Positions 20,011-29,615 of a stretch of DNA of 46,724 nucleotides are shown here, piece after piece. The stretch is from IMG/VR virus record IMGVR_UViG_2579778634_000020. One strand, given 5' to 3'. The translations under genes were made by a program, and so were the position numbers. The stretch is from a virus (taxonomy: Duplodnaviria; Heunggongvirae; Uroviricota; Caudoviricetes). Below the pieces are notes generated by a model that was not told the origin of the DNA, did not search any database, and saw nothing but the letters and a program-made list of their open reading frames with translations. Each line of letters opens with the position of its first letter. Positions within the stretch are counted from its first letter, which is position 1.

Positions 20011-21397
20011 TGATTTCCATCAGCATTACACTCTGATTTTTTAATTCATCGATCACTTCCTCTGGACGGGAATCCTGATCGATAAATTTCAACGCCTGCA
20101 ACACCCGAACCGCATCAATCTGACGTATATCACCGCCCTGACGCAATGACTGAACAGCCAGCGCGGAGGATGAGTCAAACACCTGGGCAGATACATCCAG
20201 TTCAGTGCGCACATCCACATTGCCACCGCAACTCTCTCCGATCCATTCCGCCATTATCTGGAGAATATTATCGAGGGCATCTTCGAGGGAGTTCGCCATT
20301 GTATAAAGCGGCGAGTTTTCCTGCATTCGCTCTTCATTAGTCTGATCAACAGATTTGGTGGATGTATTTTCAGCACGCAGAAGTTTAGCGCCGGCATGAC
20401 GCATCTGATTTTCCAGCTTCTCAAGTGATGTTTCGCCAGATTCTATCGCTGCGCCACTATGTTCAACATATTCGAGGCCATTTTTTGTTCTGTCCTCAAA
20501 AATCGTAGCGGTGGATGCACCAACCGTCAGTTCTTCATTCCTGTCCAGCCCGTAGGCCACCAGCAATGGAACGCGGGCAACATGAAGAATATTGTCCTGC
20601 TCGCTCTGGCTTTGCCAGTGCTTGATATTCAGCAAGCCAAGATTAAGCAATGGCGGTGTACCACGCATAAACCCTGTTTTCTTCGTATACAGTGTTACCA
20701 GAGGAATATCATCACGGCTGGTATTCCATGACTCATGAAGCGTCCAGACAGATTCGCCATTAGTACCTTCGCTGCGTCGATAAATTTCAACTCGACGGGG
20801 CATAATATGGCGGATCTGCTCCACCTTCTTCTGCCCGAAATCATCACCATCAATAATGATGACCTCTTTTATACGCAAATCAGTGAGAACAACTTTCCCT
20901 TTTTCAACTTTCGATTTCCATCCAATAACCTGGCGTGGATTCAGCATCGTAACGTACGGGCGACCACCGGCCGCGTTTTCATCGGCTTTTGTCCGAATCT
21001 CTTTCATATCCGTTCGTGGATAGTCCACCAGCGCATGTGCCACACCATACTGAAATGCGAGACTGAAAAATTGCTGCGCCCACACATCCAGTCGGCTCCC
21101 CTCCATGTCGATATTTTCTGCATATTCCCTGATTTTTTCCGGCGTTTCCTCACTCAATACTGTCGGCTCTGCAAATATGCGCCCAATATTTTGTTTGATG
21201 CTTTCTTCATACACAGGAAGTAGCGTAGCCACAGACAGGCGTTTTTTATAAGCGTCTTCATCTTCATTAGGCCATTTGGGGAGATAATTTTCCCCCTGCC
21301 TGCGCATTTCAAGCGTACCGCCCATCAATGCGTCGTTAATATCCCACGCCTCCAGCATATCGTTATAGTCGAGGTTGGGTGTTGATATATCAGCCAT
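19991..21397 (-). CDS. Portal protein
   Basis: 468-aa ORF directly downstream of the large terminase gene; size and position typical. Confidence 0.85.
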   Translation of the reverse strand: MADISTPNLDYNDMLEAWDINDALMGGTLEMRRQGENYLPKWPNEDEDAYKKRLSVATLLPVYEESIKQNIGRIFAEPTVLSEETPEKIREYAENIDMEGSRLDVWAQQFFSLAFQYGVAHALVDYPRTDMKEIRTKADENAAGGRPYVTMLNPRQVIGWKSKVEKGKVVLTDLRIKEVIIIDGDDFGQKKVEQIRHIMPRRVEIYRRSEGTNGESVWTLHESWNTSRDDIPLVTLYTKKTGFMRGTPPLLNLGLLNIKHWQSQSEQDNILHVARVPLLVAYGLDRNEELTVGASTATIFEDRTKNGLEYVEHSGAAIESGETSLEKLENQMRHAGAKLLRAENTSTKSVDQTNEERMQENSPLYTMANSLEDALDNILQIMAEWIGESCGGNVDVRTELDVSAQVFDSSSALAVQSLRQGGDIRQIDAVRVLQALKFIDQDSRPEEVIDELKNQSVMLMEINDANRE

Positions 21398-21399
21398 AA

Positions 21400-22710
21400 T
21401 TAAATCCGAAGTGATGTGACTCTTCCGGTCGGTTTGACAATAGGGAATTGCTTAACGATGAAATAACCTCCGGCATCATTCGGGTGATCATTGCCAGATT
21501 TTTTATCAGGCTCCCCCTTATCATCCCAGACCTGTTGCTCCAGAGATTCGGCATATACCGGACAACGCTTCACATTAACTTTATAGCGACGCTCACCATT
21601 GGCATTGCAGAACATTGCATTCATTGAGTTAACGCGATCTTTTACTGGCGGGTTCGAGCTGTTCACCACAACGTTAAAACCAGCCTGCTTAAGCTGGGCT
21701 ATATCCGTCGTACTTGCGTTACTTGATTTTCTGGAATCTCCGGAAGCATCTGGATAAATATAAATCTCCCTCACTTTCCGGTAATCATTCCCGTCATACA
21801 GCCAGAAGCGTTCTTTAATGATGCGGATCATATCCGGCGTATCGTAGGCATTGATGATTTCAGTTACCGCACATGGAAGCCCCAAACGCAGCACATGGAC
21901 GATCCCCGCCATCTTTCCAACGTTAAAATCCATCCCAATATAAATCGGCTCCCCTGGCTGCTCCACTTCTTCGCAATTATTCAGTTTCCGGTCAAACTGA
22001 TGGTAAACAGTACCACTTGTCAGGTTAGTAAACTGTCCTCGAAGATAGGCTTTAATCAGCTCTGGAGGGTATGATTCAAGAAGCGAAGGAATGTAATCTG
22101 CTGGCAGGTTCTTTTCATTATCGAAAGTAGATGCCTGCACCAGACCATACAGTGAGGCCAGCTCTGTTTTTTCACGCACGGCTTTAACAAACTGCTCGTA
22201 GACAAATTTGAATCCTTCCGGCGTGGTTGTAACGTCAATACCGTTGCGAAGTCCATCAATCTTATAACGCATACGCGCAATTATCTTGCGCCACGCCGTT
22301 CTGGCTTTTTCCTTCGGCAAAATGTCCAGTTCATCCACCAGCGCATTACCAATTTTGAAACCGACGATCGTTTGTGGCTTCTCCATCGATCTGCAGATAG
22401 TGGTTCCCCGATACTGGCGTCCGTAATAAAAGTGAACCTCTTTATTTCCCTCATTAATTTTTACGTTCAATCCCCAGTCAGCAGCAACTTCTTCCACTGT
22501 AGGGTAAAAAATATCGCGAATTTGGGGATACGTTGGCGCAAAATATCCCTGATTTATACCTGGATGCTCCCAAATCCCCTTGCATATGCCGCCACACCCA
22601 ACCCATGTTTTGCCCGAGCCAAAACCAGCAATATAGGCTTTAAATTTATGGGGCATTGAAAGAAATCGCGCCTGAGGCACATTAAGCGTCGGAGAGATCA
22701 TCTTCATCAC
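21400..22710 (-). CDS. Terminase large subunit
   Basis: 436 aa; N-terminal Walker A-like GFGSGKT and a C-terminal nuclease-like acidic region. Upstream of portal. Confidence 0.9.
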   Translation of the reverse strand: MMKMISPTLNVPQARFLSMPHKFKAYIAGFGSGKTWVGCGGICKGIWEHPGINQGYFAPTYPQIRDIFYPTVEEVAADWGLNVKINEGNKEVHFYYGRQYRGTTICRSMEKPQTIVGFKIGNALVDELDILPKEKARTAWRKIIARMRYKIDGLRNGIDVTTTPEGFKFVYEQFVKAVREKTELASLYGLVQASTFDNEKNLPADYIPSLLESYPPELIKAYLRGQFTNLTSGTVYHQFDRKLNNCEEVEQPGEPIYIGMDFNVGKMAGIVHVLRLGLPCAVTEIINAYDTPDMIRIIKERFWLYDGNDYRKVREIYIYPDASGDSRKSSNASTTDIAQLKQAGFNVVVNSSNPPVKDRVNSMNAMFCNANGERRYKVNVKRCPVYAESLEQQVWDDKGEPDKKSGNDHPNDAGGYFIVKQFPIVKPTGRVTSLRI

Positions 22711-23776
22711 TCCTTACTCTGGCATCAACCACATTAATATTGATCGCCACAGGCTGGGGATGTTCATTATCTTCCACCGTTTCGATCTCTTTGCGCAGCT
22801 TCTGGTTTTCCATTCTGCGCCGTTCAATTTCCAGTTCCTGTAGCCGTTTATCTGCACATAAAGCCCCGCCAGCAGAAAACAAACGCAACAATTCACGCCG
22901 GGCGGCAGCCTTATCCTCCAGCAGGATCTCAACGCCGAATTTTCCGAATTTTGCCCCTGCATATAATTGCCGCGCATCCCCATCAAGCAGAGTGGTATCA
23001 GCCATATAAAGCTGTCCCGTTCCCTCACCGCAGCACTTCGGGCAGTCCGGATTGGGTATGGCGTTATCAACAAAGCCGAGGCCTCCATATTCCGGTTCGG
23101 GTTTGCCATCTCTGGAAGCCTGCGCCGCTGCCTTGTCGAATTCTGCTATATCGCGCCACTGGTAGAGATGATTCTCGCCCCAGCAATAACGGCAGTTAAC
23201 ACGGCGAAATTGTGCAAGCTGATTGGGGTCGGCCAGGACAATGGCCATCAACTGACTCACCAGTAAATCCAGGTCTGCGGTATAGCGTTTCTGGTACTGA
23301 TTGCGGAAGTAGCTGATAGCGCGAAAAACCCTGGCATTTCTAAGCATACGACTGGCGTTGCTGTTAGCTGTCGCACCTTGCCCCTCATAACCGGCTAGTC
23401 GGTACGCCTCTGTCGGCTTTTTCCCCTGAGCAACAAGCATCGCAAACTTAGCCTGCTGGTCAGAAATGCCGAATTCATCGGGACAGAACGAAAATTCCTC
23501 CGCGTCGCCCTCATTCAGGCCCGCATCGAATACTGGCTTTTTTTCCTGAGATTTTTCGTTCCGCTTTTGTGCAGTCTGCGCAGATTTTTTCTGCGCACTT
23601 TTTTGCGCAGTTTTGCGCATTTCTGTCTGCGCATTTTTCGGAGGTTTTTTGATGTAACGACGGGCTGTTGCGTAATTCAGTCCCCTTGCTTCACACCATG
23701 CCACCGGAGATATACCGGAGCGGGTGTATTCAGCAATATACTCCTGCTGCAACGCCCCCCAGTCCGGTCTGCTCAT
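22682..23776 (-). CDS. Putative terminase small subunit / DNA-recognition component
   Basis: 364 aa with an N-terminal HTH-like segment (…YIAEYTRSGISPVAWCEARGLNYATARRYIKK…), basic linker, Cys cluster (CRYC…CPKCCGEG) and C-terminal coiled coil. Overlaps the large terminase start. Confidence 0.55.
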   Translation of the reverse strand: MSRPDWGALQQEYIAEYTRSGISPVAWCEARGLNYATARRYIKKPPKNAQTEMRKTAQKSAQKKSAQTAQKRNEKSQEKKPVFDAGLNEGDAEEFSFCPDEFGISDQQAKFAMLVAQGKKPTEAYRLAGYEGQGATANSNASRMLRNARVFRAISYFRNQYQKRYTADLDLLVSQLMAIVLADPNQLAQFRRVNCRYCWGENHLYQWRDIAEFDKAAAQASRDGKPEPEYGGLGFVDNAIPNPDCPKCCGEGTGQLYMADTTLLDGDARQLYAGAKFGKFGVEILLEDKAAARRELLRLFSAGGALCADKRLQELEIERRRMENQKLRKEIETVEDNEHPQPVAININVVDARVRSDEDDLSDA

Positions 23777-23779
23777 CAG

Positions 23780-24031
23780 TTAGTCCTGATTTTTATCCAC
23801 CCTGAGTAGTTCGCGCAGAGCAAAGGCATCCCCTTTTCTGGCAAGCTTAAACAATGCCGCTCGTAACTCGGCTTCACCTTTCGCTCTGCCCTTACGGATG
23901 GCCGCATAAAAATCTGTCATTGCTTCCCGATTTTCTTTCAGTCGGTTCAGATCAACATCCAGAACGTCAGCGATTTGTTGTGCAGTCATCCGGCACGCTG
24001 CCAGAGACTCGACTTTCGAATACGGAATCAT
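23780..24031 (-). CDS. Small HTH-like protein upstream of the terminase genes
   Basis: 83-aa ORF (…MTAQQIADVLDVDLNRLKENREAMTDFYAAIRKGRAKGEAELRAALFKLARKGDAFALRELL…). The start overlaps the 3' end of the upstream gene, so the true start may be internal. Confidence 0.45.
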   Translation of the reverse strand: MIPYSKVESLAACRMTAQQIADVLDVDLNRLKENREAMTDFYAAIRKGRAKGEAELRAALFKLARKGDAFALRELLRVDKNQD

Positions 24032-24899
24032 TTGTCACCCCTATTGATATGCAGGGTGTCTTCTTCCTGTATTTTTCGTGAAGGATTTTTACTGCAGCGT
24101 TGTTCCAGGTGACCTGATGGTGAATGCGTTTATGGCTGGCACCCATCAGTGAGATTTTTACGCACGACGGCGCATACATGACGGAGTAAAAACTTTTAAC
24201 GTAGGTTCCGGAATCCAGATACAGCTCGGTCATTCCGCCGCTGTTTTTCTGCGTCTGTTTCTGCCCTAACTGGACAGCACCGATCGTCATGAACAATTCA
24301 CCACAGCGACCGAGATTCGTGTACGTATTCACATCCTCGTTAATGCGCCCCATGAATGAGAACGGTCGATCAACCGAACAGATAAAGCTGTTCATTGCCT
24401 TGCGTTTCACCCACGAAGCATGGCCGCCATTGTCACCAAGAAAATCCCCGCCCTGCGACATAGCGATGGAAAGAGCAGGTATTGATTCGTAGTACGCCAG
24501 CATTTCAGAAAGGATCGCATCCAGTTTCCTTATCGGAAAATAGGCCTGGTCATAGTTGCGATCCACCCGAAACTGGAACTCGTGATAATCATCATCGAGC
24601 TGAATGAAGTATTTACACCCGACCAGTTTTGCCAGGTCGAAACAGGCATTACGGGCGTAAAAAATTGAGCGGCGGTCACCGAAATTATCGGCTTCGTCAA
24701 AACGACTGGCGATATCGGCTTTGGAAAACACCAGCACCTGTTCACCAAATTCAGCCATGTACTGATGCCGTGTCTTATCTTCATCATCAACAACGATAAA
24801 AATTTTCCCGGTATAGCCAGCACGACGCAACGTCCGGTAAGTCAGAACTTTGTCCGGTCGCCCGTGAGTCAGAATAAAGGCGCAAAAATCATCACGCAT
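23967..24899 (-). CDS. Uncharacterised soluble protein with GT-A-fold glycosyltransferase-like motifs
   Basis: Start ATG at 24899 with strong RBS GAGGAGGAGG. N-terminal pattern FCAFILTHGRPD … KIFIVVDDEDKT … KYFIQLDDDYHEF resembles the beta1 / DD / DxD layout of GT-A nucleotide-sugar transferases. No predicted TM helices. Motif-level inference only. Confidence 0.45.
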   Translation of the reverse strand: MRDDFCAFILTHGRPDKVLTYRTLRRAGYTGKIFIVVDDEDKTRHQYMAEFGEQVLVFSKADIASRFDEADNFGDRRSIFYARNACFDLAKLVGCKYFIQLDDDYHEFQFRVDRNYDQAYFPIRKLDAILSEMLAYYESIPALSIAMSQGGDFLGDNGGHASWVKRKAMNSFICSVDRPFSFMGRINEDVNTYTNLGRCGELFMTIGAVQLGQKQTQKNSGGMTELYLDSGTYVKSFYSVMYAPSCVKISLMGASHKRIHHQVTWNNAAVKILHEKYRKKTPCISIGVTNDSVFESRVSGSVPDDCTTNR

Positions 24900-25683
24900 A
24901 TTCCTCCTCCTCACCACCATGCATGATCTCCACCATGCGCTGCGTCATCCGGACAAATCCATTTTCAATAGCCTGCTGATAATCAATGATCACCAGCGCC
25001 GACTCCTCGAAAAAACACTGAATTTCAGCGGGGGCGTGAGCGTAATAGTCCGCAATTCTGCTGAAATTAAACACCGTGTGACGTTCTGCCGCACACAGGA
25101 GGAATTTCTCAATATCAGGCTCAAGAGACGCCGAACGTATCCGGCTGATCAGCTCCTGAGTTTTCGTATCGTCGTACAGTTCACTGATATCCGGTTTACC
25201 GCCCGACGGCTCATAAACAGGCGTATCAATTTTCGTCGTATACGGCTCCTCCTCATTTCCTGTACCGGGCAAAACATCCGTCAACAGTTCATCAATTTCT
25301 GTCGGGATGAAGCCTGTCAGGGAGACATCAAAATCAGCATTGATTAGGTCCGACAGCTCCATCCGCAACAGATCTTCATCCCAGCCAGCATTCATCGGCA
25401 GGCGATTATCTGCCAGGCGGTACGCCTTTTTCTGCTCATCCGTCAGGCCAGACAGAACAATGACCGGAACAGAATCCATTTTGAGCATTTCAGCCGCCAT
25501 AACACGACCGTGACCCGCAATAATTTCGCCCTTTTCGTCAATCAGCACCGGATTAGTCCAGCCGAATTGCTTAATACTTTCTACCAGTTGTGCCACCTGC
25601 TCAGTACTGTGCGTCCTGGCGTTGTGCGCATACGGTGACAATTCTTGTAATGGGCGATAGACTATCTTTAATTTCTCGCTCAT
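24892..25683 (-). CDS. ParB N-terminal-domain (ParB/Srx-fold) nuclease-like protein
   Basis: 263 aa. N-terminus …IVYRPLQELSPYAHNARTHSTEQVAQLVESIKQFGWTNPVLIDEKGEIIAGHGRVMAA… carries the ParB-box GHGR motif. Same position as ynaK beside trkG in K-12 Rac (from memory). Confidence 0.8.
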   Translation of the reverse strand: MSEKLKIVYRPLQELSPYAHNARTHSTEQVAQLVESIKQFGWTNPVLIDEKGEIIAGHGRVMAAEMLKMDSVPVIVLSGLTDEQKKAYRLADNRLPMNAGWDEDLLRMELSDLINADFDVSLTGFIPTEIDELLTDVLPGTGNEEEPYTTKIDTPVYEPSGGKPDISELYDDTKTQELISRIRSASLEPDIEKFLLCAAERHTVFNFSRIADYYAHAPAEIQCFFEESALVIIDYQQAIENGFVRMTQRMVEIMHGGEEEEYA

Positions 25684-25702
25684 ACAGCCTTGCTTTATGA
25701 AT

Positions 25703-25734
25703 AAAACGCACCCCAGCAGCCAGTGCTACTGGGG
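25703..25734 (-). terminator. Rho-independent terminator downstream of trkG
   Basis: Minus strand CCCCAGTAG-CACTGG-CTGCTGGGG (one G-U pair) followed by TGCGTTTTATT. Confidence 0.55.
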
Positions 25735-25820
25735 ACGGAGGTATTGCTGGTAAAGTTAGGTATTGGATCAATGAGTGAGTCAACATAATATTAAACTCAC
25801 AATTATAAATCAGCCATATA

Positions 25821-27278
25821 TTAGGAGCGCCAAAAAAAACCTGAAAACAATATAATAACAGGATAAATTTCAAGGCGACCAAGAATCATAGCTATGCACA
25901 TTAAACATTTTGCAATGTCATTAAGCACTCCGAATGACGATGCAGTAGCCCCAAAACCTAATCCCATATTATTAATACATGCAGCCACTGTTGCAAATGA
26001 TGTAAGAAAATCATATCCCATACCATTTAACACCAGTATAAAAAACACCGTGAAGAGAGTATAAAGAAAAAAGAAACTCCATACAGACCTCATTACACGA
26101 TCTGTAACTATCTTCCCTCCTACATTTACACTCAACAACGCTCTGGGATGAGAAAGCTGATTTATCTCGTGTTTGCTTTGTTTGAAAAGTATAAGAAATC
26201 GAAGTGACTTAATTCCACCACAAGTTGAACCTATACATCCCCCAAAGAAACTTGACAACAGCAAAAACACTATCGTGTGCGTGGGCCAACTTGCATAATC
26301 CTGCGTAGCTAAACCATTATCAGTGAGCATGGAGCTGGCAAGAAAAAACGAATGAATAAAACTTCCATGCAAGTCATACATACCTATATGCCAGACCTGG
26401 AAAGAGGTAACAATGATCACCCCTAAGGCTATTAACAGAAAGAAACGAAGTTCAATATCTCTGATTAAAGGTTTTATCGTTTTCCTGCTAATAACAATAT
26501 ACCAAAGAGTGAAGTTGAAAGCCGATAGCAGGGAAAAAGAACCAGCCACCAGCTCAACCAAATAGTTATTAAAATATCCGATACTCTCGCTATGAGTTGA
26601 GAAACCACCAAGCGAAACTGTGGAAATCCCGTGACAAATAGCATCAAACAAAGGCATTCCTGCAAGTCTATAACAGACAATACAAGCAATACCTAATAAA
26701 GAATAAGTTATCCACAGTGTCCGTGACGTATCGGCCAGGCGGGGAGTGAGTTTGTCATCCTTAAATGGCCCCGGCATTTCTGACTGATAAAGCTTTGCAC
26801 CACCAATACCCAATAATGGCAATACAGCAACCGCCAGAACAATAACTCCTAAACCACCTATAAAATTTAACTGTGACCGATAGTACAAATATGCCCGAGG
26901 TAATGAACTAACATCATCAATTACAGTTGCTCCTGTTGTTGTTATTCCAGAAACCCCTTCAAACAGAGCATCAATGAACGTTAAATTAAGTTCTGAGTCA
27001 ATCCATAAAGGGAATGCACTAATAACAGAAAACAAAATCCAAAACATTACAATTATAATAAACCCATCACGGGTACGTAATTGAATGCCAGATTTCTTAG
27101 TTGTATACCACGCTCCGCCACCAATGCAAAAAAATATAACGAAAGTTATAAAGAAAACGAACAGGCTTTTTTCTTTATAAAACAATGCTACAACCATTGG
27201 TGGCAACATTGAAAGACTATAGAGCCAAACCAGGAACCCACACATATGAGTAACAACTCTTACATGAGATGTATTCAT
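25821..27278 (-). CDS. trkG: Trk-system potassium uptake protein TrkG, prophage cargo
   Basis: Translation from the ATG at 27278 (MNTSHVRVVTHMCGFLVWLYSLSMLPPMVVALFYKEK…) matches Rac-encoded TrkG as I recall it. Multi-pass membrane protein. Noticeably AT-rich codon usage, own AT-rich upstream region and own terminator. Confidence 0.9.
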   Translation of the reverse strand: MNTSHVRVVTHMCGFLVWLYSLSMLPPMVVALFYKEKSLFVFFITFVIFFCIGGGAWYTTKKSGIQLRTRDGFIIIVMFWILFSVISAFPLWIDSELNLTFIDALFEGVSGITTTGATVIDDVSSLPRAYLYYRSQLNFIGGLGVIVLAVAVLPLLGIGGAKLYQSEMPGPFKDDKLTPRLADTSRTLWITYSLLGIACIVCYRLAGMPLFDAICHGISTVSLGGFSTHSESIGYFNNYLVELVAGSFSLLSAFNFTLWYIVISRKTIKPLIRDIELRFFLLIALGVIIVTSFQVWHIGMYDLHGSFIHSFFLASSMLTDNGLATQDYASWPTHTIVFLLLSSFFGGCIGSTCGGIKSLRFLILFKQSKHEINQLSHPRALLSVNVGGKIVTDRVMRSVWSFFFLYTLFTVFFILVLNGMGYDFLTSFATVAACINNMGLGFGATASSFGVLNDIAKCLMCIAMILGRLEIYPVIILFSGFFWRS

Positions 27279-27415
27279 ATCTAAATATTCTTTCAATTAT
27301 AACCACCTTGCTGCAATATTATGATTATACTGTATAAAATTTAACTCCTCTTAGATCTTACTTCACTGTTCCTTATGAAACAATCATCAAAATGAATCAT
27401 ATTGTAGTTAAGATT

Positions 27416-27880
27416 TTACTTTAAACACTGCTCGGTTATGTATTGCTGAGCACCTTCAAGTTGGGCCTGCATCATTACCAGTCGTTCCCGCAGGGTGAAA
27501 TAATCCCGTTCAGCGGTGTCTGCCAGTCGGGGGGAGGCTGCATTATCCACGCCGGAGGCGGTGGTGGCTTCACGCACTGACTGACAGACTGCTTTGATGT
27601 GCAACCGACGACGACCAGCGGCAACATCATCACGCAGAGCATCATTTTCAGCTTTCGCATCAGCTAACTCCTTCGTGTATTTTGCATCGAGCGCAGCAAC
27701 ATCACGCTGACGCATCTGCATGTCAGTAATTGCCGCGTTCGCCAGCTTCAGTTCTCTGGCATTTTTGTCGCGCTGTTCTTTGTAGGCGATGGCGTTATCA
27801 CGGTAATGATTAACACCCCATGACAGGCAGACGACGATGCAGATAACCAGAGCGGAGATAATCGCGGTTACTCTGCTCAT
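27416..27880 (-). CDS. Rz: Rz i-spanin
   Basis: 154 aa, N-terminal TM anchor then coiled coil; start overlaps the endolysin stop as ATGA; Rz1 embedded in the +1 frame. Confidence 0.9.
   Translation of the reverse strand: MSRVTAIISALVICIVVCLSWGVNHYRDNAIAYKEQRDKNARELKLANAAITDMQMRQRDVAALDAKYTKELADAKAENDALRDDVAAGRRRLHIKAVCQSVREATTASGVDNAASPRLADTAERDYFTLRERLVMMQAQLEGAQQYITEQCLK
27475..27660 (-). CDS. Rz1: Rz1 o-spanin (outer-membrane lipoprotein)
   Basis: 61 aa entirely inside Rz in another frame. Lipobox LVVVGC, proline-rich ([19 protein letters not shown]). Confidence 0.85.
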   Translation of the reverse strand: MRKLKMMLCVMMLPLVVVGCTSKQSVSQCVKPPPPPAWIMQPPPDWQTPLNGIISPCGNDW

Positions 27881-28353
27881 ACCTCAATCTCTCTGACCGT
27901 TCCGCCAGCTTCTTTGAATTTTGCAATCAGACTGTCAGCCTTATGCTCGAACTGACCATAACCAGCGCCCGGCAGTGAAGCCCATATATTGCTGCAACGG
28001 TCGATAGCCTGACGGATATCACCGCGATCAATCATCGGCAAAGCGCCACGCTCTTTAATCTGCTGCAGCGCTACAGCATCCTGACTTTCTGGAGAAAAAT
28101 CTTTCAGGCCAAGTTGCTTGCGGTAGGCATCCCACCAGCGTGAAAGAAGCTGGTAACGTCCAGCGGCTGTTGATTTGAGTTTCGGATTTAGCGTGACAAG
28201 TTTGCGGGGGTGATCGGAGTAATCAGTGAACAGTTCGCCACCGACAATAACATCATAACCGTGATTTCTGGTTTTCTGCCGTCCGTTATCTGTTCCTTCT
28301 GACCATGCCACCATATCAAGGAAAGCTTTACGCTGGGAATTAAGTGTCTGCAT
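27877..28353 (-). CDS. R: Endolysin (lambda R-type lytic transglycosylase)
   Basis: 158 aa; N-terminal region [39 protein letters not shown]…YSDHPR is R-like from memory, including the catalytic Glu in WSEGT. Lies between the holin and Rz. Confidence 0.9.
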   Translation of the reverse strand: MQTLNSQRKAFLDMVAWSEGTDNGRQKTRNHGYDVIVGGELFTDYSDHPRKLVTLNPKLKSTAAGRYQLLSRWWDAYRKQLGLKDFSPESQDAVALQQIKERGALPMIDRGDIRQAIDRCSNIWASLPGAGYGQFEHKADSLIAKFKEAGGTVREIEV

Positions 28354-28356
28354 TAA

Positions 28357-28707
28357 TTACTCCTTATGGGCACCGAACTTGTTACCGATGACCCTCATTG
28401 CCGCACCACGAATAGCATCAACACCAATCAGCCCCACCCCACCACCAATGGCAACAGAAAGTGATTTAGGCCATCCGACATACTCAAGCGCGGATGCAAA
28501 GGTCAGCGTCAGAGCACCACAAAGCAGAATCTCAAGCGTTTTTCGTTTCCAGCCGCCGCCACCGCCAAAATAGGCAATGCGCAAACCAGCCATAATAATT
28601 GACATAACCACTGCACCCAGCGGCGTATCTCCACGCCACCAACTTTGTAAGAGTTCCAGTAAGTCAGGCCAGGAATGAGGGGCATTGTGCATTTTCATAA
28701 GCCTCAC
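28357..28707 (-). CDS. S: Holin with a dual-start motif (possible holin/antiholin pair)
   Basis: 116-aa ORF beginning MRLMKMH…, with hydrophobic segments and a charged C-terminus. Three in-frame Met codons at positions 1, 4 and 6, analogous to lambda S107/S105. Confidence 0.75.
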   Translation of the reverse strand: MRLMKMHNAPHSWPDLLELLQSWWRGDTPLGAVVMSIIMAGLRIAYFGGGGGWKRKTLEILLCGALTLTFASALEYVGWPKSLSVAIGGGVGLIGVDAIRGAAMRVIGNKFGAHKE

Positions 28708-28792
28708 CTCCGAGAGTTCGGATGGTGCTAAGTGTAAGATTCAGGCTCTCAGGCTTGCTAACAAGAAGTCGAGGATGTTTCCGGAGCCTAAC

Positions 28793-28821
28793 AACGAAAA
28801 AGCCCCGGGACATGCCGGGGC
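28793..28821 (-). terminator. tR'-like terminator upstream of the holin gene
   Basis: Minus strand GCCCCGG-CATGTC-CCGGGGC followed by TTTTTCGT, about 85 nt before the holin start. Confidence 0.5.
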
Positions 28822-28915
28822 CAGATGGAGTGCCAGATTAAGCTTCTGGCGGTATATACTCGTGTTTGATATCGTTAAATCGCCAAAAGTAACAATTCAA
28901 ACAAAGAGGATTTTT

Positions 28916-29077
28916 ATGTCTGAAAAAAACAAACCACAAGGTGAAAATAAACCTCAGCACCCCGTGGCACCAAAACCAACTCCAACACAAAGTACTACAG
29001 ACTTTGCTACACGTCGTGTTTTTGTTGGAGATTCTGCCGACTCAGTCATTGAACATATAAAAAAACAGCCGAGATAA
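28916..29077 (+). CDS. Small plus-strand ORF (53 aa), antisense to the late operon
   Basis: ATG at 28916 preceded by AAAGAGGA, 5 nt before the ATG. Encodes MSEKNKPQGENKPQHPVAPKPTPTQSTTDFATRRVFVGDSADSVIEHIKKQPR. Overlaps the 3' end of the minus-strand membrane-protein gene by 32 nt. Confidence 0.3.
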   Translation: MSEKNKPQGENKPQHPVAPKPTPTQSTTDFATRRVFVGDSADSVIEHIKKQPR

Positions 29078-29615
29078 ACATCGCCGCTACCGGAGCAAGG
29101 ATGGTATACATCCTTGCTTTATCGAGACTCGTGCGGATTTTCTCATTTTCCAACAGTAACTCTCTTGCTGTATCACTCAAGTCAACAAGGCGATACCTTC
29201 GTATAAGCGGCAATAACTTATCAGGTCCTAAATATCCTGCATCAGCGAATATTTTAAAGCTCGAGGGCTCCATATCCTTATATTTTTCATGATATAGATG
29301 ATCAGGAGGGGCATTGATCAGGCCCCTAACCTTCACAGATAAACCAGTACATACCAAGTAAATGGCGCACCATGTCCATAGTAATGTAAATGTGGTAATT
29401 CCGGCGGTGAGAAAATCGAAATTAGTTTTCTGTGTCAGCAATAAAAAAGATGAACCAATTCCAACAATCTGAATGTTCAGAAGTTTGTATCCATTCTCAA
29501 CATTGGTTTTGTTAGAAAGATGAATCTCTCGTATCGTCTCTTCCCCTTGTTTTTCAAGATAATCGACGAGCTCATCATCTACTCCTAAAAAATAATCTTT
29601 AGGTAGTTCTCTCAT
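29046..29615 (-). CDS. Membrane protein of unknown function, cargo gene between Q and the holin
   Basis: 189 aa with about three predicted TM segments (…LLNIQIVGIGSSFLLLTQ…, …LTAGITTFTLLWTWCAIYLVCTG…, …MYTILAPVAAMFISAVFLYVQ). Visibly AT-rich. Bracketed by terminator-like hairpins. Confidence 0.6.
   Translation of the reverse strand: MRELPKDYFLGVDDELVDYLEKQGEETIREIHLSNKTNVENGYKLLNIQIVGIGSSFLLLTQKTNFDFLTAGITTFTLLWTWCAIYLVCTGLSVKVRGLINAPPDHLYHEKYKDMEPSSFKIFADAGYLGPDKLLPLIRRYRLVDLSDTARELLLENEKIRTSLDKARMYTILAPVAAMFISAVFLYVQ

Noticed and set aside
22714-23266. Alternative-frame ORFs within the small terminase gene region
   Set aside because: Overlap the longer, better-supported 364-aa ORF that is translationally coupled to the large terminase gene.
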